Source of the DNA: Leucoraja ocellata
Lineage: Eukaryota
Assembly (NCBI GenBank): GCA_036785375.1
Contig: JAWMAR010000884.1
Location: forward strand, 62,001 to 126,000
Direction: 5' to 3'
Length of the DNA stretch: 64,000 nt
In this document: in pieces, positions 12,705-25,295 of the stretch
Layout: the number at the start of each line of letters is the position of its first letter
Numbering within the stretch: the stretch's first letter is position 1
Notes under the pieces: generated by a model
Told to the model about the DNA's origin: nothing
Database searches by the model: none
The model's input: the letters and a program-made list of their open reading frames with translations, nothing else
Translations under genes and position numbers: made by a program

Positions 12705-14334
12705 TGCATTTTACACTCTGCTTGAATCTCTTTACTATGACAAAAACGCTGGTCAAATGTTAAATTTACTTAAATAAAAAGCGAAAATGCTGAAAATACA
12801 CATGTCAGGCAGTATCGGCAAATAGAACGAGTTAACTTTTCAGATTGAAAACTTCTTGTCAGATCTTTGGCTGATCAGATTGAAAACTTCTTGTCAGATC
12901 TTTGGCTGAAAACATAAATCCTGTTATTCATTCCATAGATACTTGTCTACCTGAAAACTTCCAGCAGTTTCTGTTTTTATTTCATATTACTAGTCAAAAT
13001 AGCGGGATCTAGTGTTGATGGGGCATCTTGATTGGCATGGACAAGTAGGGCTGAAGAGCCTGTTTCAATGCTGTATGACTATGACTTACTGCATTGGCAC
13101 TTTTTTAAATTATTTTCATAACTGTTAAATTATTTTGGTCTTGATGCTTTATGCAAATATTTGCAAAAATATTTTGTGGTTGGAGGCAAGCATCATCTCC
13201 ACTGGAAAATAGAATATCGGTATAATATTTCAGTGATTTACGAAAGCAGCGCTAAAAATGTGTAGCCACATGTTTAAATAATTTCCCCAAAATCAGCCAA
13301 ATTATCAGTTGATAATGTTAAGCTAGAGTGAAAATGTTTTCCCAAGTAACTCGGTCCATGAAATTCTCTTGAGCATCTAAGCTATGTCTGTTGTAGGGGC
13401 TGAATTTCAATAGACCCTGGAATAAGTAATCTGACACTTTCTCAGGCAGGGAATGGCTTAAGCCAAATGGAAGTCAAAAACGCGAAAGGAAGTAAAATAT
13501 TGAGAGTTAATATAATCAACTTAACTTTAAGCAAAATTAGGATGGTAATGAATGATTAATTTTGTTCTGATAGAAGACGTGCAAAGATAAACCGTTTTCT
13601 AATACATTAATTTTCAAGAGATGGTGTGAATGGCAAGGCCAACATACATTGCCCCTCACTAATTGCTCCAAGAAGATAGGTATGAGCCACCTATAGTCAC
13701 TTCCACAAACCACTCCAGTCCACCTGGTAAAGGTACCCCGGTTGTACAATTGGATTGAGAATTCCACGACATATACTGAAGAAAAAATGGTGTATGTTTA
13801 AGTCACAATATCGAGTAACCTGGAGGGGAATTTGCAGTTTATGGTGTTTCTACAAGCCAGCTACTCTTGTTTGACTGAGGTCATGGGTGCTGACGAGGGA
13901 GCTGTAGCAATGAGCTGAAGTTTGTTCAACACTGTACTCATTGCAGCCACCAATGAAGATGGAAAGATTCAACTATTAGGCTGGTAGGTGGGGTACCAGG
14001 CAAATAAGATTTGTCCTGAGAGGCCGGGCAATTGAGATTTGCACACATGCAGCTAAATGGAGGGTATCCCTACTTTCCAGGCATGTTTCTTTAAATGGAA
14101 AAGGTTTTCGAGAGACATGTTGTAACCAGTAACAGAACTGTTCTTGCAGAAAGTATCCAGCTAAGTTTCCAATCAATGTTGGTTAAATCAAAATGATTGA
14201 TTGGAAGCATTGATGATAACAGCAGCCACTGAGGATGCCTGAGCAATGCGTACCCATTGTCTGCCATATTCAGCACCTCTCTTGGGTCAACAGAAAACAG
14301 CAAACATGCTTGGGAAAGTGTGTATCTATGACTC

Positions 14335-14570
14335 TCGTAAGGTCATAAGTGATAGGAGTCGAATTAAGCCATTCAGCCCATCAAGTCTACTCCACCATTC
14401 AATCATGGCTGATCTATCTCTCCCTCCTAACCCCATTCTCCTGCCTTCTCTCCATTACCTCTGTCACCCGTACTAATCAAGAATCTATCTATCTCTGCCT
14501 TAGAAATATCCATTGACTTGGCCTCCACGGCTTTCTGTGGCAAAGAATTCCACAGATTCACCACCCTCTC
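14335..14570 (-). mobile_element. CR1 3' end
   Basis: RVVNLWNSLPQKAVEAKSMDISKAEIDRFL in ORF 14427..14615, plus CR1 3' UTR. Confidence 0.85.
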
Positions 14571-15179
14571 ATGCCTGATCAAAGACTCACAAGGTACTAT
14601 GGATAATTGAAACAAAGTTCCTTAATAATATATTATGTCAGCTATTTTTCATGGCAATAGATTTATACGTAATTGGGTGATCTAATCCTCTTTTCGGCAC
14701 CAAAGAAAGGGTTCCGTGCAGTATATGAACCTCTAAGCAGATTGAAAGTAAAAGGTTCCACTACTTAATCATCGTGCCATTATACAGTGCATTGAGAAAT
14801 AAAACAAGCACAAATTAGACTTAAATGGATCTAGAAAATATGCAAAAGAGAATACTGAATCTTGCGGCTTTTGGTTCAAAAACTTAGTAAGCATAAAGGT
14901 CAATTACTTTAGAGACAGAGGTTTCAGAGAGATGTAATTAAGGTTTTATAACTGAAGTAACAGTATAAATTGTTTGAAATGAATTTGGATGGCATGAGCA
15001 CAAAACCCACATGTAAAATTTGGGCTGGGAATACCTTAAACTGCTCCTAAGGAGTAGTTGGCTGAATAATAATTTGGCTTTTATTCTATCTTACTCCATT
15101 TCAATCATGTGTGGTAAATGCAGGGAGTTAGGAGAGAGGCTAAAAAGCAGGAAGGGTGGAAATGTCAAATTCAAGGTGG

Positions 15180-15482
15180 CCATAGCTTTAAGCTGAAAAG
15201 GGGAAAGAGGATGTACAGAGTAGATTTTTACAGAGAATAGACCTATTCCTACACTGCCCTGTTCTATGTTCTATGGAACAAGCTGCCAGAGAAGGTGGTT
15301 GAAGCAGGTACAATAATAACATTGAAAATACATTTATTTGGACGGGTACATGGGAAGGAATGGTTTAGAGGGATATTGGCCAAATGAAGACAAACTAGAA
15401 TAACTTAGATGGGCAACTTGGTCGGTATTGACAAGTTGGGCCGAAGGGCCTGTTTCCATTTAGTAATACTCTATGACTATGA
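15180..15482 (+). mobile_element. CR1 3' end
   Basis: GGAACAAGCTGCCAGAGAAGGTGGTTGAAGCAGG...GGGCCGAAGGGCCTGTTTCC...CTATGACTATGA tail. Confidence 0.75.
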
Positions 15483-15872
15483 TTCATTCACAGCAGCCAT
15501 TAAAATTTAAACCAAATATTTTATTAGAAGTAAATTCTTAGTTAATTAGACTTTTGAGTACCTTTGACTCCGAGAACTTAAATTGATTGGCAGTCGTTAG
15601 AGAGATACTTCCCAGAGATTTTATGGAATCGATGGCAGAGATATCAGTTCCACATTTCCTACCTCCCCCATGACATTGGATGGGCGCATGAATGGGTTAA
15701 AAGAGGATATGGTCACAGTTTCTAGATGTGATAGACTTGATTAGCCTGAAGATTTTTCCTAACTTCCTTCCACACTTCCCCCTCCTGCTCACTCTGCTGT
15801 GTCTGAAAAAATCCAACACCCTCCAATGACTGCAAGATTCCCCACAGCTAACCATACTTGAGAAAAATACAT

Positions 15873-16795
15873 TAATAATAATAATAATAATAAATTTATT
15901 TATATAGCACATTTATAGTCAATTTTCATTGACCCCAAAGTGCTTTACATAATTTAAAAATCAGTTCCATACAAAGCATAAAGATGGGTTAACAAAATAA
16001 TAAAATGCATAAACAGGACACAACATGTAACATAAACATCCACCACAGCATTCATCACTGTGGTGGAAGGCACAAAAAATTTTGGCCGTCCTCCTCCATT
16101 TCCCCCCCCCCCCCCCCGTGGACAAGACCAGAGTCCAGAGTCCAGTCCAGGATCGGTCTTTCCTCACCGGAGACCGCGGCTTCAAGCTTGTGTAGGCCGC
16201 AGGCCGGCGGTTGAGATTTAAAGTCCCCGCCGCAGCCAGAAGCACCGTAGACTGCAGGGCTGGCGGTCGAAGCTCCCCTCCAGGGGTGATGGTAAGTCCA
16301 TGCCGGCCCCGCAGTAGAAGTTATCCGCGGGCCGGCAATGGCGGCTTCTTCTTCCCCCGGGTCCCCCACGAGGGATCCCGGGCTGTAGACGCCGCAGCAG
16401 CTGGAACTCTGCAGACCGCGGCTTCAGGCTGCGACTTCAGGCTGCCGGCTGCCCCGGGCCAATGAAACGGAGCACTCCCCTCCGGCGAGCCCCAGCGAGG
16501 GCTCACCCGCTCCATGCCGAGTCCACGCTGCGCCTGCCGCTGAAGCCCCGGACACGTCTCCGGGAAAGGCCGCGCCGATCCTTGATGGTAGGCCACGGGG
16601 GAGGCGACCTGGAAAAAGTCACCTCTCCATGGAGGAGGCGACCAAAGCGGTTTCCCCCTTACACCACCCACACCACCCCCCACACAAAACACAAAAAACC
16701 CCACTAAATACACACTTTAAAACATACTAAAAATAAAAAATAAAATTGAAAGGCTGACGCGCTGCTGCCATGGCTGCCGCCAGAACAGCGCCCCC
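15873..16795 (-). mobile_element. GC-rich non-autonomous retroelement with L2-like 3' tail and (TTA)n end
   Basis: Minus-strand tail TGTAAAGCACTTTGGGGTCAAT...GTGCTATATAAATAAA(TTA)n. CpG-rich body is similar to 800-1300. Confidence 0.65.
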
Positions 16796-16930
16796 TTCAC
16801 TTCACATTGATAAATTCCGATCAGATACTCTTTATTTGAAAAGTACAGACTCCTCCCAAGTGCAGACTGACCCCTCCCATTTCTTCCAAATCCAAGGCGT
16901 AGCTATGGGCACGTGCATGGTCCCCAGCTA

Positions 16931-18545
16931 CAGTGGCTTGCAAAAGTTTTCATACCCCTTGAACTTTTCCACATTTTGTCACGTTACAACCACAAACATA
17001 AATGTATTTTATTGGGATTTTATGTGATAGACCAACACAAAGTGGTGCATAATTGTGAAGTGGAAGGAAAATGATACATGGTTTTCAATTTTTTTTACAA
17101 ATAAAAAACTGAAAAGTATGGCGTGCAAAAGTATTTAGCCCCCCCGAGTCAATACTTTGTAGAACCACATTTCGCTGCAATTACAGCTGCAAGTCTTTTG
17201 GGGTATGTCTCTACCAGCTTTGCACATCTAGAGACTGAAATTTTTTCCCATTCTTCTTTGCAAAATAACTCGAGCTCAGTCAGATTGGATGGAGAGCGTC
17301 TGTGAACAGCAATTTTCAAGTCTTGCCAGAGATTCTCAATTGGATTTAGGTCTGGACTTTGACTGGGCCATTCTAACACATGAATATGCTTTGATCTAAA
17401 CCATTCCATTATAGCTCTGGCTGTATGTTTAGGGTCGTTGTCCTGCTGGAAGGTGAACCTCCGCCCCAGTCTCAAGTCTTTTGCAGACTCTAACAGGTTT
17501 TCTTCCAAGATTGCCCTGTATTTGGCTCCATCCATCTTCCCATCAACTCTGACCAGCTTCCCTGTCCCTGCTGAAGAAAAGCATCCCCACAGCATGATGC
17601 TGCCACCACCATGTTTCACAGTGGGGATGGTGTGTTCAGGGTGATGTGCAGTGTTAGTTTTCTGCCACACATAGTGTTTTGCATTTAGGCCAAAAACTTC
17701 AATTTTGGTCTCATCTGACCAGAGCACCTTCCTCCACATGTTTGCTGTGTCCCCCACATGACTTGTGGCAAACTGCAAACAGGACTTCTTATGGCTTTTT
17801 TTCAACAATGGCTTTCTTCTTGCCACTCTTCCATAAAGGCCCGATTTGTGGAGTGCACAACTAATAGTTGTCCTGTGGACAGATTCTCCCACCTGAGTTG
17901 TGGATCTCTGCAGCTCCTCCAGAGTTACCATGGGCCTCTTGGCTGCTTCTCTGATCAATGCTCTCCTTGCCCGGCCCGTCAGTTTAGGTGGACGGCCATG
18001 TCTTGGTAGGTTTGCAGTTGTGCCATACTCTTTCCATTTTCGGATGATGGACTGAACAGTGCTCCGTGAGATGTTCAAAGCTTGGGATTTTTTTTATAAC
18101 CTAACCCTGCTTTAAACTTCTCCACAACTTTATCCCTGACCTGTCTGGTGTGTTCCTTGGGCTTCATGATGCTATTTGTTCACTAATGTTCTCTAACAAA
18201 CCTCTGAGGCCTTCACCGAACAGCTGTATTTATACTGAGATTAGATTACACAAGTGGACTCTATTTACTAATTAGGTGACTTCTGAAGGAAATTGGTTGC
18301 ACTGGATTTTATTTAGGGGTATCAGAGTAAAGGGGGCTGAATACTTTTGCAGACCACACTTTTCAGTTTTTTATTTGTAAAAAAAAATTGAAAACCATGT
18401 ATCATTTTCCTTCCACTTCACAATTATGCACCACTTAGTGTTGGTCTATCACATAAAATCCCGATGAAATACATTTATGTTTGTGGTTGTAACATGACAA
18501 AATGTGGAAAAGTTCAAGGGTTATGAATACTTTTGCAAGCCACTG
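16931..18545 (-). mobile_element. Tc1/mariner DD34E DNA transposon, full length, long (~200 bp) IR/DR-type TIRs, TA target duplication
   Basis: TA|CAGTGGCTTGCAAAAG...CTTTTGCAAGCCACTG|TA. TIRs match over ~200 bp with an internal GCAAAAGTATT repeat. Confidence 0.96.
17149..18167 (-). pseudogene. Tc1 transposase (about 339 aa if restored), one 1-bp frameshift in an A-run near 18090
   Basis: ATG at 18167 (MKPKEHTRQVRDKVVEKFKAGLGYKK), then ORF 17149..18078 with GRPPK, WSDE, QQDND-34aa-E (SPDLNPIE). Span is 1019 bp, one short of 340 codons. Confidence 0.9.
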
Positions 18546-20854
18546 TATGCCTGCCTCTTTGTAGGAGACGTTGAACAATCCTTGTTTGAGGCATACCATA
18601 GCCCTATCCCCGAACTCTACCGCCACTACATTGATGACTGCATTGGTGCTACCTCCTGCATCCATGCAGAACTCACTGACTTCATCTATTTCACCGCTAA
18701 TTTCCATCCAGCACTCAAATTTACCTGGACCATTTCCGACATCTACCACAAACCCACTGACTCCCATGGCTATCTTGACTACACTTCTTCCCACCCTGCT
18801 CCAACTTCAACGGGATCCCACCACTGGCCACATCTTCCCATCTCCTCGCCTTTCGGCTTTCCGCAGAGACCGCTCCCTCCGTAATTCCCTGGTCAATTTG
18901 TCCCTTCCCACCAAAACCATCCCCTCCCCTGGTACTTTCCCTTGTAACCGCAGGAAATGCTACACTTGTCGCTTTACCTCCCCCCTCGACTCCATCCAAG
19001 GACCCAAGCAGTCTTTCCAGGTGAGGCAGAGGTTCACCTGCACCTCCTCCAACCTCATCTATTGCATCCGCTGTTCCAGGTGTCAACTGCTCTACATCGG
19101 TGAGACCAAGCGCAGGCTTGGCGATCGCTTTGCCCAACACCTCCGCTCAGTTCGCAATAACCAACCAGTAGCTCAGCACTTCAACTACCCCTCCCATTCC
19201 GAATCCAACCTTCCTAGCCTGTGCCTCCTCCATGGCCAGAGTGAGTCCCACCACAAATTGGAGGAGCAGAACCTCATATTTCACATGGGTAATGTACACC
19301 CCAGTGGTATGAACATTGATTTCTCCAATTTCAGGTAGCCCTTGCTTTTTCCTTCTTTCCCCTCCCCTTCCGAGCTCTCCCACAGCTTAGTGTCTCCGGC
19401 ACTTCCTTTCTCCCCCCCCCCCCCCCACATCAGCCTGAAGAAGGGTCTCGACCCGAAACATCGCCTATTCCTTTGCTCCATAGATGCTGCCTCTCCCGCT
19501 GAATTTCTCCAGCATTTTTGTCTACCTTTGATTTTTCCAGCATCTGCAGTTCTTTCCAAGACATACTTGGTCTGGTCTGCAACTCTGTGAAATTAATTCA
19601 AATGAAATGGAAGTGGCAGCCAAACAAAGTTAATGAACGGTAAGGGAACCATTTAGAATATTTATTGTTACAGTGTGACTGCTTTATTTATGCCGTTGTT
19701 AGAAGATAATGGAAATAGTTCTCTATCCTGAGAACACTCAAAGTGTTCTTTCTCTCCCATAATTCATTGATATGTTATTCCATCTCAAGGGCTTCCAATT
19801 GCATTTCAGGCTCAGCAGCAAGCGAGGCCAATTTTAGGGACAGGACAACAGCATCACGAGAGCACAGGTCAGCACCATCGACACTCGCTTACTAATTTTT
19901 CAGCCCTCCATTTAGCAAGCCATCAGTTTCGTACTCCAGCAGCTCTGCTGATTACCGTGATGTCTTGATAACTGATCCTAGCCTTTCATTGGTGTTTCAG
20001 AAACACTAGGGCAACCTTCACTGAACATGTGTGCTGGCTGTTCAGTGTCTCTTGGGGTAACATCATCAAAATTTTGCAGTACAGAAATATCATACTGATT
20101 GACAGCCAGATGCATTTTACCATATGGTGCCGTGACCTTAAATAACTTGTCCCAAGGTCGATCCTTGCAGATTTTGGCAATTTTCATGGAAGGGACAGAG
20201 TGGGGAGATGCAAGGAGTCGATATTATAGCAGCAGGAAACAGTGCTGGATTTGTAGACTACATGCACTTCTCAAAAGCAGGAATTAAAAACACATGCAAG
20301 AATGGTATTAAAAGCTGTAATATGGAAGAGTGGAAAAAAAGGAGGTGAAGAGGAGAATGTTAATTCTTCAAATAAAAGTTGTAAAACAGATTAACATACA
20401 GGGAATTTAAAGACATCAAAGGTCCCAGCATAATTTTTTATAAATTAGGCAAATCAGGTTAATTTGTTGGAGCACTGGTTTGCAAATAAGAACCAGTGGG
20501 GCTAGTTCCACAATCTTTCTATCCAACCTCAAATAAGATATAGGCGATTTGGAAATATTACAGAGAAAAGTGTTGGATTGATTCCCGTCTTTGGCGGGTC
20601 CAGTTATGAAGAAAGGCTTAAGCAGCTTAAGTTATTTTTATTTAATCAAAAAATAAGCTGAGCAGTGCCATAATAATGATCCTCGAAATAATGGAAATAT
20701 GCATTATGTTGAAATGTGAAATAAGCAAAATATTTAAACTGGACTCCAACCATCAGAATAAAAAAAAACAAGTAAAAAATCCAGCAAGTAACCGTTGGGA
20801 AAGGAAATTCTCCACTGGTATGAACTTTCCTGGGTTTTCCAGTCCCTTCACTGC

Positions 20855-21080
20855 AAACCTCTGGGGCTTTAACATCGGGAGAAAAATGGAACACAGGGGA
20901 GAGAAAAGACTTTGCCTTCCATCACAGTGAGGAGGAGATTCACTGTGATGGATGTTTTGTGTGAATTTAATTGTTTGTGTGTCTTGTGGAAATTGTTACT
21001 TTTTGTATGGCTGTAGAAACAGAGTTTCGTTTGAGCCTCATTTGAGGTTCAAATGACAATGAATAAATATAGTATTGTAT
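20855..21080 (+). mobile_element. 5'-truncated copy of the GC-rich non-autonomous retroelement with a third tail type
   Basis: GCCTTCCATCACAGTGAGGAGGAGATTCACTGTGATGGATG core, then TTTCGTTTGAGCCTCATTTGAGGTTCAAATGACAATGAATAAA. Confidence 0.55.
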
Positions 21081-24000
21081 TGATAAATGTCACAGGATTA
21101 CCAATTATTTCTGTTGTCTTGGATGTATTTGCAACCAGCATGTGCTTCATAATGTAAGGAAATATTTCTTCTGTAAAGTAAAGGTCACAATCGTATCACA
21201 TGAATTATTCATGTTATCTTTCTTAACAATCACCGACAACTTAGATACACAAACCTTTCACATGAGGCATATTTATCTGGCTCAGAGCAAACATCACATC
21301 ATAATATTTTCCCACCTATCAAATATGATAGTGTTGATTATGAGGTGTTGAGGCAGACACATGAACAGGCAGTGGGTAGAGGTAGACCCAAAACCACGTA
21401 GACACAACATTCTGGAGTAACTCAGCGAGTTAGGCAGCATCTCTGGAGAGAAGGAATGGATGACATTTCAGGTCGAGACCCCACTCCATGTTCCGGCAGA
21501 TGAGCAGTTTAAAATTATTAGCATAGACTTTGTGGGCTGAATGGCCTGTTTCTGCATCGTACTGTACTGTTCTATATCCATGTTATAAATGCACAATCTA
21601 TTTCTTCCAAACAAATATTTTTCTTCCTTTGGAATTGCACGTCAAAATACTTATTCAATACTTATTTGGAAAGTCATATACTCTCCCGTTTCCCATCAAA
21701 TTACTTAAAGGAAACTATAACCTTTAATTTTCCCATTAGGTCTGGAATCAATGCTTGACTCTTGCTTGACATTGACAGGTCCCCAATGCCACGTCCAAGT
21801 GGTCATCCTGTATGTGTGAACCTAAGTATCGTCTTCCAGTGTGCTGTTGGCACTGGGCTTGTCTCTGAGGAGCCCATTGTTAGAACAATGGGGCTGCACA
21901 GCTCACAAGGATTTGTGCAGTAGCAGTACATGGTTCTAAATATATGCTTCCAACCAGCGAGGCGCTTGCCTGAAGTGCAAAAGCAGAAACTTGAACATCT
22001 CATGTGGATTAGCAGCCATCTCCACAATAGTAGGCAACTATCCCAAGCTGTTCCCAGATGATTCCCCCCCAAAATATATCCTTGCCAGCAGTGGTCACTG
22101 GAGTAGGAGCTTCATTCCTTTCATTCTAATCCAGGAGCTACTTATGCCAAATGGTTTGTTGCCATAAATACAACCATGACTGAAGTTAACATCCTTGACA
22201 GAGACTAAGGTTTAATCTTAAATTTGAACCCTAATTGCTCAGTTCAGTGCAACTTAGGGTTTGTTTACATCTACTGGCCCAAGAGCTTTTCAGCTTTAAA
22301 TTTCTATTGTAAATCAAGAAGGCATCTTAAGTTAATGCACATTAAAGAGCAGAGATTTTTTGTTAAGTGCATCAAATATTTATCTGCATCATGTTAAAAG
22401 GCTGTTACTGCCACATGAATAAACATAGATAAATCAAACCTGTTACCACAGAGTAATTTTCTTTACGAGGATCTGAGTGTATTCATTTTGTTGGCTTTGG
22501 TTCAAGGACAGGGTTGTATGCTTCATTTATATTTACCCGCAGGAACAGATTTGAAACATTCTATGGCTGGCGGTGAGATGACATTGGGCTATAAGACCTG
22601 CTGAATGCACTGCACGGGGAACAAAGCTGTCACATTTCAAAAAGATGAATGTTGAACTTTAGTATCCTGACAAGGGGGGGGGGGGGGTGAAGGGGATTAG
22701 GGGAAAGAATGGTGGTTGGGAGGGGTTGTGGGGAGAGGGGCATCAGTACAATCAGACCCAATATTTCCTGTAACATATTTGTGTCATGACTGCTTTATCA
22801 ATGTAACAATCATATTGTTCTGATCTTCTTGATCAATTAGGCTGAATGGATCAATTAGGCTGATTGTAATTACAACTCAATTTCACTGAGACTATTTGAG
22901 GACACGATACAGAAAAATAAAATCATAGATTCTGGAGTTGGCTGCAAGGCGGTTGAAAATAGATTCCAGATATATCAAACTGCGTAAGGTTCAGTGACTC
23001 TTTGCTGAATATCATGTTGGCAGCTGCAATGTCCCACTGGGACATTACTTTCCCCACTGAACTTCTTCACAGGTGGAAAATATACCTCAGACAAACTTTC
23101 TTCAGCGGGTCTGAGGTTGTCTTAGGAGATATAGTAGGAAAACAATCAAAGACTCTCTTGCAAGAGTATTGTTGGCAGAGTTATATTTGGTTTATGATAC
23201 CAAGAAAATTAATAAAAGGTAGCATCTGGTTTGCAATCTCCAATGTTCAAAGGATAGTGCTTAAGTAAATTAGTCCTCTGTACGATCTAATGCTACAATT
23301 AAATCTGACATACTGTTTCTTTCCAGGTTTCCCCATATGTAATACTGATGTACATAAGTCACATTTTAGTTTTTGAAGAGTTAACATTAATAACTATAAA
23401 ACTATAATTGTATATTTTATACATGCAGAAAATGAAGCAATTTTTCAATTTTATGCTCCAGTAAAGAAGCATCGCCAAGTCCGCTGAGAATGCATATTAA
23501 AATACAGAGAAAATAGGGTTTTCCAATAATCTAAATTTGTGCACTATTTAAATGGCATGCAAAATACTATAATTTTCTGTCTCAATTTCTGTCAAAATAT
23601 ATTTTGTTTAACGATACGCTAAAAAATTAGGGCAACATTCCATCATCTGGTTTGCAGTGAAATCACTTCAATGTTGGAACAGACACCATTTGGAAAAGGG
23701 AAATGCATCCAATCCTTTCATACAAGTAATTGCCAGTCAAATATCTCTAATATTTCCTTATAGCACAGAGGAAGGCCATTCCCTTCACACCCATGGAAAT
23801 GCATCCAATCCATTGCCTCACTTATCTATGTGAAGCCCATTCTATCTAATCAGCATCAACAACCTCCCCACCCAGTCCCCCCGCCCTCCACCCTTCCTCC
23901 TCTCCTCCCCCATGTTCAATTCCATCTATGGAATGATGATCTAGTAATGTAAACAATGTGCTAATGGGGGTAAATGTTGGTCTTATCAGCCCACATCCCA

Positions 24001-24110
24001 TGACTAAAATGTAAGTTCTTCAGGACCTACACAGTACATGTAGAAAGGTAACTTTGTTTAACTACCTTTACAATCCTTTGATTTCTGTACATCCTGGCAG
24101 GAGATCTGAT

Positions 24111-24164
24111 GGGGTGGGAGATTGCAACCTTCACGTGGTCCACCCTGTTTCGACTGATGCAATC
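24111..24164 (+). ncRNA. Predicted minimal HDV/CPEB3-like self-cleaving ribozyme
   Basis: P1 GGGGTGG/CCACCCT, P2 GATTGCA/TGCAATC, P3 ACC/GGT, L3 TTCACGT, J4/2 CTGA with candidate catalytic C24154. All pairings can be read from the sequence. Confidence 0.8.
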
Positions 24165-24245
24165 AACCCGACGTGCACAAACAAATAGATCAAATAGAAC
24201 AAGTTGACCTACAACTTTAGGCTGTGTACACCATTCGCGAGATGA
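24111..24245 (+). mobile_element. Short retroposon (probable non-autonomous Vingi derivative) with 12-bp TSD
   Basis: Flanked by AGGAGATCTGAT (24099-24110) and AGGAAATCTGAT (24246-24257). A second 5'-truncated copy at 62698-62771(-) ends in (GAA)n. Confidence 0.75.
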
Positions 24246-24679
24246 AGGAAATCTGATTACAGCTGAAAGTATCTTTGACCGGTATTTAACTCCAGCATCC
24301 TCTCCACCAAGGTTAGCTCTTTACTGCCCTTGATTGACAATTGATTGGTTCAATTATGAGGTTCAATGAGAAGGCCCAACATTTCCAGGCAACTGGGGTT
24401 GGAAAACAGTTTATCTACTAATAGCTACATACTGAGATTTAAATTTTAGTTTTGTTTTGTGTTAGTTTGTGAAGATTGGTGGACACTTAAAATAAATAGA
24501 AAAAGTTTACTCACTAATATTAAATGCATATCATAAGATTTATATTTTAATATGGACATGAATTTGAATGTTTTTAAATGATCAAATTAAAAATCAGCTC
24601 ATAAGTAAAATGAACAAGGTTTAAAACAAGTTTTTGCCACGGAGGTTACCAATAGTTTCACGTAATGCATGCTCATTTC

Positions 24680-25295
24680 CTCTACATCCTCAGGGAAATA
24701 TGGCATGTTTCCCATGACTCTTCCAAACATCTATAGATGCATCACAGAAAGTTTACTGTTGGGTTCCATCACAGCTTGGTTTGGGAAAAACTCTGCAGCT
24801 CTGCCCATGACTGCAAGAAATTACAGAGAGGTGTGGATGTAGCCCAATCTATCACACAGGCTCTACCATTGACTCCATCTACACTTCTGGCTGATTCAGA
24901 AAGCAGGCAATATAATCAAAGACGTTCCACCCCCGCCATTCCTTCCTCTTTCTGCTCCCATTTGTAAAAGGTACAGAAGCTTGAAAACGGCACCACCATA
25001 CTCAGGAACAGCATCGCATTCATCATCAAGATTCTAAATGGCCCTTTCATCAACTAGGATACTGGCCAATTCACCTCTACCCTATTGCAGACATTGAACT
25101 TTGTCTCTGGAACTGGTGCGCTACAATGCTTAGAACTATGATCTGCACTCTTTCACTTCTTTCCCTTTGCCCTACCTAGTATACTTGAATTTGGCTTGAT
25201 CGTATTTATGCTTGGTATTATCTGATTTGAATGGATAGCATGCAAAACAAATCCTTTCACTGTACCTCAGTACACGTGACAATAATAAACCTAAA
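24680..25295 (+). mobile_element. Rex1/Babar-like LINE 3' fragment
   Basis: SAHDCKKLQRGVDVAQSIT in ORF 24737..24967. Tail TTTCACTGTACCTCAGTACACGTGACAATAATAAA. Confidence 0.75.

Larger units (their letters stand above)
16830..19560 (+). mobile_element. Penelope-like retroelement (RT fragment + GIY-YIG + pLTR), internally deleted and split by a Tc1
   Basis: FFQIQGVAMGTCMVPSY|ACLFVG..YRHYIDD (RT) is split at the TA of the Tyr codon by Tc1. ORF 18571..19338 has the GIY-YIG motif. Hammerhead-like core at 19435. Confidence 0.9.

Noticed and set aside
12840-12909. 35-bp tandem duplication
   Set aside because: Simple two-copy local duplication within decayed repeat sequence; no sign of function.
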